Source: Rubrivivax sp. (lineage in GTDB: Bacteria; Pseudomonadota; Gammaproteobacteria; Burkholderiales; Burkholderiaceae_C). Taken from it: a DNA stretch of 64,000 bases. Position numbers and translations under genes: made by a program. The notes under the pieces are model-generated. The model was given only the letters and a program-made list of their open reading frames with translations. It was not told the origin of the DNA and did not search any database. The stretch lies in the NCBI GenBank assembly GCA_021298085.1, contig JAJTDE010000005.1:456-64455 (forward strand). Direction: 5' to 3'. This document shows positions 57,250-64,000 of this stretch, one piece after another; the stretch's first letter is position 1; each line of letters starts with the position of its first letter.

Positions 57250-58614
57250 GTGGCCAAAGACAAGACCCTCTTCACCTGCCGCGAATGCGGCGGCACCAAC
57301 CCCAAATGGCTGGGCAAGTGCCCGCATTGCGGCGCCTGGAACAGCCTCGACGAAGGCCCGGCAGAGCCTGCGGCCGGCTCAGCCCGCAACCGCTTCCAGG
57401 CCTTGGCACGCACCCAGCCGGTGGCCACCCTGAGCGAGATCGAGGCCACCGATGTCGAGCGTGTGCCCACCGGCCAGGACGAGCTGGACCGGGTGCTGGG
57501 CGGTGGCATCGTCGAAGGCGGGGTGGTGCTGATCGGCGGTGACCCGGGCATCGGCAAGAGCACCTTGCTGCTGCAGGCGCTGGATGCCCTGTCCACGCGC
57601 ATCCGGGTGCTCTACGTGACGGGTGAGGAAAGTGGTGCCCAGGTGGCGCTGCGGGCGCGGCGTCTGGGGCTCTCCGGCGCACGGGTCCGGGTGCTGGCGG
57701 AGATCCAGCTGGAGCGCATCCTGGCCACGCTGGCCCAGGAGCAGCCGCAGTTCTGCGTCATCGACTCCATCCAGACGCTCTACTCAGACCAGCTCAGCTC
57801 GGCGCCAGGCTCGGTGGCGCAGGTGCGCGAATGTGCCGCGCAGCTCACCCGGGTGGCCAAGGACAGCGGCGTGGCCATCGTGCTGGTCGGCCACGTGACC
57901 AAGGAAGGCGCGCTGGCCGGCCCGCGCGTGCTGGAGCACATCGTCGACACAGTGCTGTACTTCGAGGGCGACACCCATTCCAGTTTCCGGCTGGTGCGCG
58001 CCATCAAGAACCGCTTCGGCGCCGTCAACGAGATCGGCGTCTTTGCGATGACCGAGCGCGGGCTCAAGGGCGTCAGCAACCCGAGCGCCATCTTCCTGTC
58101 CACCCATGGCGAGCCCGTGGCTGGCTCCTGCGTGATGGTCACCCTGGAAGGCACACGCCCGCTGCTGGTCGAATTGCAGGCCCTGGTGGATTCCGGCGGC
58201 CCCAGTCCGCGGCGCCTGTCGGTGGGCCTGGACCGCGACCGACTGGCCATGCTGCTGGCCGTGCTGCATCGCCATGCCGGGGTGGCGTGCGCCGACCAGG
58301 ACGTGTTTGTCAACGCCGTGGGTGGCGTGCGCATCGGCGAGCCGGCGGCCGACCTGGCCGTCTTGCTGGCCATCCAGAGTTCCTTGCGCGGCAGGCCGTT
58401 GCCGCGCGGCTTCCTGGCCTTTGGTGAGGTCGGCCTGGCCGGGGAAGTCAGGCCGGCGCCGCGTGGCCTGGAGCGCCTGAAGGAGGCCGCCAAGCTCGGC
58501 TTCAGCGTGGCCATGGTGCCCAAGGCCAATGCCCCGAAGAAGCCCATTGAAGGCCTGACCATCCACGCCGTCGAGCGCATCGAGCAGGCCGTGGACCTGG
58601 TGCGTAACCTGTGA
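57250..58614 (+). CDS. radA: DNA repair protein RadA (Sms)
   Basis: C..CG....KW.GKCP.CGAWN Zn finger, GDPGIGKSTLLLQ, KNRFG, Lon-like C-terminus; GTG start. Confidence 0.97.
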   Translation: MAKDKTLFTCRECGGTNPKWLGKCPHCGAWNSLDEGPAEPAAGSARNRFQALARTQPVATLSEIEATDVERVPTGQDELDRVLGGGIVEGGVVLIGGDPGIGKSTLLLQALDALSTRIRVLYVTGEESGAQVALRARRLGLSGARVRVLAEIQLERILATLAQEQPQFCVIDSIQTLYSDQLSSAPGSVAQVRECAAQLTRVAKDSGVAIVLVGHVTKEGALAGPRVLEHIVDTVLYFEGDTHSSFRLVRAIKNRFGAVNEIGVFAMTERGLKGVSNPSAIFLSTHGEPVAGSCVMVTLEGTRPLLVELQALVDSGGPSPRRLSVGLDRDRLAMLLAVLHRHAGVACADQDVFVNAVGGVRIGEPAADLAVLLAIQSSLRGRPLPRGFLAFGEVGLAGEVRPAPRGLERLKEAAKLGFSVAMVPKANAPKKPIEGLTIHAVERIEQAVDLVRNL

Positions 58615-58701
58615 ACAACCCTGTGGATCACCGGCTGGACAAGGCTGTGGGCCGGCCTGGGAGCAAGCCTGTGCAGGGCCTTGGGGTGCACGGTGGACAA
58701 G
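58608..58701. repeat. Degenerate 12-bp-periodic array of DnaA-box-like motifs (consensus CCTGTGGA(C/T)AA(C/G))
   Basis: Units CCTGTGAACAAC, CCTGTGGATCAC, CGGCTGGACAAG, GCTGTGGGCCGG, CCTGGGAGCAAG, CCTGTGCAGGGC in register, plus GGTGGACAAG at 58692. Confidence 0.6.
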
Positions 58702-58733
58702 CCGGTCTGCGCCAGCGCGGCTGGCACGGGCTG

Positions 58734-59174
58734 GTGCAGCGTGCCGCGACGCTGTGGCGCCTTGCCTGGCCCGCCCCCTGGACAGCGCTCGGGCTGCTCC
58801 TGGCGCTCCCAGCATGGGCCCTGGGGGCGCGTGGCCAATGGCGCGACGGTGTGCTGGAGGTCAGTGGCGGGCGCCTGGGGAGGGCCGCCGAGCACGGCTG
58901 GGCCGGTGCGTTTGCCGCTGTGACACTGGGGCATGTGGTCCTGGCTGTCAGCGCGGCGCGGCTGGATCGGCTGCGGCGGCATGAACGCTGTCATGTGCGC
59001 CAGTACGAGCGCTGGGGACTGCTGTTTGTGCCGGCCTATCTTGCGGCAGGGGCCTGGGCATGGGCCAAGGGCCAGGGCGCCCATGCCGGCAACCCGTTTG
59101 AACGGCAGGCGTGTGCGCAAGACACCGCCGATGCGGCCGCCCTGACCGGGCGCGCTCCAGGAGTGACACGATGA
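58734..59174 (+). CDS. Hypothetical membrane-associated protein with HExxH motif; start uncertain
   Basis: TLGHVVL...RRHERCHVRQYERWG; the longer ORF from 58611 only translates the repeat array. Confidence 0.65.
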   Translation: MQRAATLWRLAWPAPWTALGLLLALPAWALGARGQWRDGVLEVSGGRLGRAAEHGWAGAFAAVTLGHVVLAVSAARLDRLRRHERCHVRQYERWGLLFVPAYLAAGAWAWAKGQGAHAGNPFERQACAQDTADAAALTGRAPGVTR

Positions 59175-59566
59175 ACGTGGTGTGGGGTTGGATCCTGGCC
59201 GTGCTGGCCGTGGCCGTGGGTTATGCCAGCTATGGCTGGCCGGGTGTGGTGCTGGCCATCACCGTGATCGTCTTCTGGATGCTGCTGCAGTTCAGCCGCG
59301 TGATGCGGGTGCTGCGTCAGGCGGGCCAGGCGCCGGTGGGCCATGTGGACAACGCGGTGATGCTCCACAGCAAGCTTCACCCGGGCATGAAGCTGCTGGA
59401 GATCCTGCCAATGACCCGTTCGCTGGGCCAGAAGCTGGCCGATGACCCTGAAACTTTCGCCTGGACCGATGCCGGTGGTGACCGCGTGGTGCTCGAGCTG
59501 GTGGGCGGCCGCCTGCGCAGTGCTGCCTTGGAACGCGCTGCTGACTGCCCGTCGCCCGGGAACTAG
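59171..59566 (+). CDS. Conserved hypothetical membrane protein
   Basis: Two N-terminal TM helices; P.G.V.NAVMLHSKL..G..L..IL..T.SLG; 4-nt overlap upstream. Confidence 0.7.
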   Translation: MNVVWGWILAVLAVAVGYASYGWPGVVLAITVIVFWMLLQFSRVMRVLRQAGQAPVGHVDNAVMLHSKLHPGMKLLEILPMTRSLGQKLADDPETFAWTDAGGDRVVLELVGGRLRSAALERAADCPSPGN

Positions 59567-59645
59567 AATCTGGGGTTCGTTTTTTTCGGCGCTGCGGCCT
59601 GCCACGGCCGGGCGCCGCCCACCCCGCTCCCAAGGAAGATTCACC

Positions 59646-60569
59646 ATGTCGATGTCCGACCGCGACGGCAAGATCTGGATGGACGGCCAGATGGTTGACT
59701 GGCGTGACGCCAAGATCCATGTGCTGAGCCACACGCTGCACTACGGCTGCGGGGCCTTCGAGGGCGTGCGCGCGTACAACACGGTGAAGGGCACGGCCAT
59801 CTTCCGGCTGCGCGAGCACACCGAACGCCTGTTCAACAGCGCCAAGATCCTGCGCATGAAGATTCCCTTCACGCAGGAGCAGGTCATGCAGGCGCAGCTC
59901 GACGTGGTGCGCGCCAACGCCCTGGAAAGCTGCTACCTGCGCCCCTTGACATGGATCGGCAGCGAGAAGCTGGGTGTCAGCCCCAAGGGCAACACCATCC
60001 ACCTGATGGTCGCGGCCTGGGCCTGGGGTGCCTACCTCGGCGAAGAAGGCCTGCGACGCGGCATCCGCGTGAAAACCAGCAGCTACACGCGCCACCACGT
60101 CAACATCACGATGACGCAGGCCAAGGCGGTGAGCAATTACACCAACTCCATCCTGGCCAACATGGAAGCCACCGATGAGGGTTACGACGAGGCGCTGCTG
60201 CTGGACTCCGCGGGTTTTGTGTCCGAGGGTGCCGGCGAGAACCTCTTCGTGATCAAGAAGGGCGTGGTCTACACGCCGGACCTCTCCGCCGGTGCGCTCA
60301 ACGGCATCACGCGCGACACCATCTTTGCCATCTGCCAGGACCTGGGCCTGAAGCTCGTGGAAAAGCGCATCACCCGCGACGAGGTCTACATCTGCGACGA
60401 GGCCTTCTTCACCGGTACCGCCGCTGAAGTGACGCCCATCCGCGAACTCGACCGCATCACGCTGGGCCAGGGCGAGCGCGGGCCGATCACCGAGAAGATC
60501 CAGAGCGCGTTCTTCGACATCGTCAATGGCCGCAACCCGAAGTACGCCGAGTGGTTGACGTCGGTCTGA
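59646..60569 (+). CDS. ilvE: Branched-chain amino acid aminotransferase
   Basis: HTLHYGCGAFEGVRAY, Y.RP, QAKAVSNY, EGAGENLF, L.GITR, EAFFTGTAAEVTPI. Confidence 0.96.
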   Translation: MSMSDRDGKIWMDGQMVDWRDAKIHVLSHTLHYGCGAFEGVRAYNTVKGTAIFRLREHTERLFNSAKILRMKIPFTQEQVMQAQLDVVRANALESCYLRPLTWIGSEKLGVSPKGNTIHLMVAAWAWGAYLGEEGLRRGIRVKTSSYTRHHVNITMTQAKAVSNYTNSILANMEATDEGYDEALLLDSAGFVSEGAGENLFVIKKGVVYTPDLSAGALNGITRDTIFAICQDLGLKLVEKRITRDEVYICDEAFFTGTAAEVTPIRELDRITLGQGERGPITEKIQSAFFDIVNGRNPKYAEWLTSV

Positions 60570-60596
60570 GCATCCATCTGCAAGGCGCCTGACGAC

Positions 60597-60803
60597 ATGA
60601 GCATTGCCAGCCAACCGGCCGTGGAAGTCACGGCCAAAGACCTGCAGGGCCCCGGCGTGGTGGCCTGCCCCAACCCCCGCATGCCGCTGTGGAGCAACCA
60701 CCCGCGGGTCTTCATCGACCTCAGCGTCGAGCCGCAGGGCCGCTGCCCCTATTGCGGCACCGTCTACCGGTTGAAGGCTGGCGAAAAGCTGCACGGCCAC
60801 TGA
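60597..60803 (+). CDS. Zinc-finger domain protein (zf-CHCC type)
   Basis: CP......W..HPRVF......RCPYCGTVY. Confidence 0.88.
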   Translation: MSIASQPAVEVTAKDLQGPGVVACPNPRMPLWSNHPRVFIDLSVEPQGRCPYCGTVYRLKAGEKLHGH

Positions 60804-60831
60804 TGGCACACACGTTGCCAGGGGCCGCCCG

Positions 60832-61713
60832 ATGAGCCCGCAGGAGTTTGTGCTGACGCTGTCCTGCCGCGACACCGTGGGCATCGTCCACACGGTCTCG
60901 GGGCTGCTGTACCAGGCGGGCTGCAACATCCTGGATTCGCAGCAGTTTGGCGATGTCCAGGGTGATGACGCCACGGGCCTGTTCTTCATGCGGGTGCACT
61001 TCGCGGCGCCGCCGCACCTGGCCGACGCCAGCGTGCTGGACACCTTGTTTGCCCACGCGCGCCAGCAATTTGGCATGACGCTGCGCTTCCACGCACGGGC
61101 CCAGCGCATGCGCGTGACGTTGATGGTCAGCCGTCAGGGCCACTGCCTGAACGACCTGCTGTTTCGCCACGCGAGCGGCCAGTTGGCCATCGACATCCCG
61201 GCCGTGGTGTCCAACCACGCCGACTTTGAACCCCTGGTGCGCAGCCACGGCATCCCGTTTCACCACCTGAGCCTGGCCCCCGGGGCCAGTGCGGACGACA
61301 AGCGTCTGCAGGAGCAGCAGATCGAGGCGCTGATCGAGCGTGAGCGCGTCGACCTGGTGGTGCTGGCGCGCTACATGCAGATCCTCAGCCCGGCACTGTG
61401 CCAGCGCCTGTCGGGGCGCGCCATCAACATCCACCACAGCTTTCTGCCCAGCTTCAAGGGTGCCCGGCCTTACGCCCAGGCCCACGCCCGCGGCGTCAAG
61501 CTGATCGGTGCGACGGCGCACTACGTGACGGCCGATCTCGATGAAGGCCCGATCATCGAGCAGGACGTGGCGCGGGTGGACCACGCCCAGTCGGCAGACG
61601 ACCTGTCTGCTGTCGGCCGCGATGTTGAATGTGTGGTGCTGGCTCGTGCGCTGCGCTGGCATGCCGAGCACCGCGTGCTCATCAACGGCCACAAGACGGT
61701 TGTCTTCCGCTGA
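60832..61713 (+). CDS. purU: Formyltetrahydrofolate deformylase
   Basis: LSC.D..GIVH.VS (ACT), HCL.DLL, VVLARYMQILS, INIHHSFLPSFKGA.PY, GATAHYVT.DLDEGPIIEQ. Confidence 0.96.
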   Translation: MSPQEFVLTLSCRDTVGIVHTVSGLLYQAGCNILDSQQFGDVQGDDATGLFFMRVHFAAPPHLADASVLDTLFAHARQQFGMTLRFHARAQRMRVTLMVSRQGHCLNDLLFRHASGQLAIDIPAVVSNHADFEPLVRSHGIPFHHLSLAPGASADDKRLQEQQIEALIERERVDLVVLARYMQILSPALCQRLSGRAINIHHSFLPSFKGARPYAQAHARGVKLIGATAHYVTADLDEGPIIEQDVARVDHAQSADDLSAVGRDVECVVLARALRWHAEHRVLINGHKTVVFR

Positions 61714-61728
61714 ACAGGAACGTTTGCC

Positions 61729-62184
61729 ATGCCGCAACCGCCAGCCGCTGCCAAGGCTTCGCTGATGGCCTCGCCCGATGACACCGAGGCGCAGTTCTAC
61801 GAAGCCATGCAGACCGGGGACCTGGACAAGCTGATGGCCGTGTGGGCGGATGACGACGAGGTGGTGTGTGTGCACCCGGGCGGCGCGCGGGTGATCGGGC
61901 TGGCCGCCATCCGGGCCAGCTTTGAGGCCATCTTTGCGCACAACGCCGTGCCCGTTCAGCCGGAGCAGGTGCACCGCCTGCAGACACTGGACAGCGCCAT
62001 CCACCACCTGGCCGAGCGGGTGAGTGTCCTGACCCCGGAGGGCCCGCAGACCGCCTGGGCGCTGGCCACCAACGTCTATGTCAAGACGACGCAGGGCTGG
62101 CGCATGGCGGCCCACCACGCAAGCCCGGGCCAGCTGGGTGAAGCGCCGCCCACCTTGCGCGAAGTCCCGTCCACGCTGCACTGA
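61729..62184 (+). CDS. SnoaL/NTF2-like (nuclear transport factor 2) family protein
   Basis: FYEA...GD...LM.VW......CVHPGG, ATNVY......WRM..HHAS. Confidence 0.85.
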   Translation: MPQPPAAAKASLMASPDDTEAQFYEAMQTGDLDKLMAVWADDDEVVCVHPGGARVIGLAAIRASFEAIFAHNAVPVQPEQVHRLQTLDSAIHHLAERVSVLTPEGPQTAWALATNVYVKTTQGWRMAAHHASPGQLGEAPPTLREVPSTLH

Positions 62185-62213
62185 GCAGCCTGGCGCGACG
62201 CTGGACTACACCG

Positions 62214-63206
62214 ATGCGTGACTATGCTGCGCCGTGGTGGCTGCCAGGGGGCAACCTGCAGACCATCTGGGCCGCCAAGCTCTCGCGGCGGCATGACCCG
62301 GCCATGCTGCCTGTGCAGCAGGCTGGGGCGCCCCGCTGGCGCCGTGAACGCTGGGACACACCCGACGGCGACTTCATCGATGTCGACTTTGCTGACCATC
62401 CCGCCGCGGCGGGAGCGCCATGGGTGGTGCTGTTTCATGGCCTGGAAGGCTCGTCGGAGAGTCACTCCTCGCAGGCGATGGCCGTTGAAGCCGCGCGGCT
62501 CGGCTTGCCCTGCTGTGTGCCGCACTTCCGGGGCTGCTCGGGCGAGCTGAACCTCGCGCCCCGCGCCTACCACTCGGGCGACCACGAAGAGGTGGGCTGG
62601 ATCCTGCAACGGCTGCGGGCACGTGCGCCGGGCCCGTTGTGGGCCATGGGGGTCTCGCTCGGCGGCAATGCCCTGTTGCGCTGGGCCCAGGAAGCGGGCA
62701 CCACGGCGTCGTCCGTGGTGCGCGCGGTGGCGGCGGTGTCGTCACCCATCGACCTCGCCGCCGGAGGGCATGCCATTGGGCAAGGTTTCAACCGCTGGGT
62801 CTACACCCGGATGTTTCTGGCGTCGATGAAGCCCAAGGCGCTGCAGAAGCTGCAGCAGCATCCGGGGCTCTTTGATGGCCAGGCGTTGCAACGTGCCCGC
62901 ACGCTCTACGAATTCGACCAGATCTTCACCGCGCCCCTGCACGGCTTCAGCAGCACCGAGGACTACTGGCGCCGGGCCTCGGCCAAACCAGGCTTGCGCA
63001 ACATCCGTGTGCCGGCCTTGGTGCTCAATGCACTGAACGACCCCTTTGTGCCCGCGGCCAGCCTGCCCACGCCCGACCAGGTCGGTGACTGGGTGACGCT
63101 GTGGCAGCCCGCGCACGGCGGGCATGTGGGCTTTCCGGCCGGGGCGTGGCCCGGGCATGTGCAGACGGTGCCGCAGCAGTTGCTCAGCTGGATGGCCGCA
63201 CTCTGA
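62214..63206 (+). CDS. YheT family alpha/beta hydrolase
   Basis: FHGLEGSS.S, FRGCSGE, AYHSGD, GVSLGG, DDPF-like NDPF, GGHVGF. Confidence 0.88.
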   Translation: MRDYAAPWWLPGGNLQTIWAAKLSRRHDPAMLPVQQAGAPRWRRERWDTPDGDFIDVDFADHPAAAGAPWVVLFHGLEGSSESHSSQAMAVEAARLGLPCCVPHFRGCSGELNLAPRAYHSGDHEEVGWILQRLRARAPGPLWAMGVSLGGNALLRWAQEAGTTASSVVRAVAAVSSPIDLAAGGHAIGQGFNRWVYTRMFLASMKPKALQKLQQHPGLFDGQALQRARTLYEFDQIFTAPLHGFSSTEDYWRRASAKPGLRNIRVPALVLNALNDPFVPAASLPTPDQVGDWVTLWQPAHGGHVGFPAGAWPGHVQTVPQQLLSWMAAL

Positions 63207-63236
63207 CGCCGGGCGCCGGTCGGCGCACCCGCGTGC

Positions 63237-64000
63237 TCAGTTCGAGGCGGGCATCTTCAGCACCTGGCGCGCCCGCGCGCGCAACTCGTCGCGACGGCTG
63301 GCATGCACGGCGAAGTAGTTGGTCGAGCGCCGCGGGTAGAGATGGCTTTCCAGGAAGCCTTCCAGCGACAGGCCGTCGTCGTAGTGCGCCAGGCGCTGAG
63401 GCAGCACCACGCGGTAGTCCAGGTTGCGCAGGTGCTCGTACAGCTTGGCGGTCGAGTCGTCGTTGATCGGGCCGCTCTCGAACATCAGCGTCGGCCGTGA
63501 CTGGGTGAGCAGCCGCTGCGCGCCGCGCAAGGCGGGCAGCTCGGGCCCTTCCACATCGATCTTCATCAGGTCGACATGCTGCGGGTTGACCAGGTCGTCC
63601 AGGCGCTGCATGGGCACGCGGATCGTGCGGGCACTGGGGCCTTGCGGAAACAGCGAGCTGTAGCCGGACTTTTCAGTGTTGACGTAGAAGTCCACATGGC
63701 CGGGTGACTCACCCACGGCGCAGGCGTGCACCTTGACGTCAGGGAAGCTGCTGCGCAGCGTGTCGACCTTCTCAGGAATCGCTTCCACCGCCTCGATGGA
63801 CATCGACGGGCAGGCCTGTCGGACCTGGCTCAGCACCGAGCCGATGTGGGCGCCGACGTCGACAAAGGTCTTGCCCGGCAACCCGAGCCGGCTGACCAGC
63901 CGCAATGCCAGCACATCGTTGGCCACCGTGCCTGCGGCTTCGGGGTTGTTGCGGACTGCCAGAAACAGGTCCACGGTTTCCCGGGCACTGATGGCTAACG
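63237..64000 (-). CDS. FkbM family SAM-dependent methyltransferase, 5' end beyond window
   Basis: FVDVGAHIG, E..PE, MKIDVEG.E..AL.GA; frame open to the window edge. Confidence 0.88.
   Translation of the reverse strand, partial: LAISARETVDLFLAVRNNPEAAGTVANDVLALRLVSRLGLPGKTFVDVGAHIGSVLSQVRQACPSMSIEAVEAIPEKVDTLRSSFPDVKVHACAVGESPGHVDFYVNTEKSGYSSLFPQGPSARTIRVPMQRLDDLVNPQHVDLMKIDVEGPELPALRGAQRLLTQSRPTLMFESGPINDDSTAKLYEHLRNLDYRVVLPQRLAHYDDGLSLEGFLESHLYPRRSTNYFAVHASRRDELRARARQVLKMPASN

Noticed and set aside
58611-58733. N-terminal 41 aa of the ORF after radA (MNNPVDHRLDK...)
   Set aside because: Appears to be the translation of the 12-bp repeat array; no RBS evident; a GTG at 58734 is more plausible
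1-64000. CRISPR arrays, IS/transposases, integrases, prophage, tRNA/rRNA
   Set aside because: None recognised by eye or in the ORF track; a tRNAscan/Infernal run would be needed to exclude small RNAs formally

Overview
High-GC betaproteobacterial chromosome segment, most consistent with Burkholderiales (inferred from gene content, e.g. Bug/TctC binding protein, pilTU, lplT-alr-radA). It is probably origin-proximal: mnmG-rsmG-parA...parB with two parS sites embedded in coding sequence. Most of the ~60 CDSs are housekeeping or metabolic. I found no rRNA, tRNA, CRISPR array, IS or prophage. The strongest novel signal is unannotated and non-obvious: a 25-aa leader peptide (MRRARAYFFTYFWFSPRLAAGEANA) with a Tyr/Phe/Trp cluster, mutually exclusive antiterminator/terminator hairpins and a possible leaderless promoter, directly upstream of DAHP synthase. 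This is a candidate ribosome-mediated attenuator reading all three aromatic amino acids. Other notable items: a J-domain/Zn-ribbon/PilZ fusion protein, a 12-bp-periodic array of DnaA-box-like motifs at the radA 3' end, an anti-Shine-Dalgarno hairpin sRNA candidate, argC inserted antisense between parA and parB, a sigma-54 promoter for yeaG-yeaH-ycgB, a decayed PIMT/membrane-protein module, a degenerate SIS protein and a possible yggS/proC-separating inversion. All family assignments come from motif recognition by eye; no database searches were run, and many start codons are best guesses.
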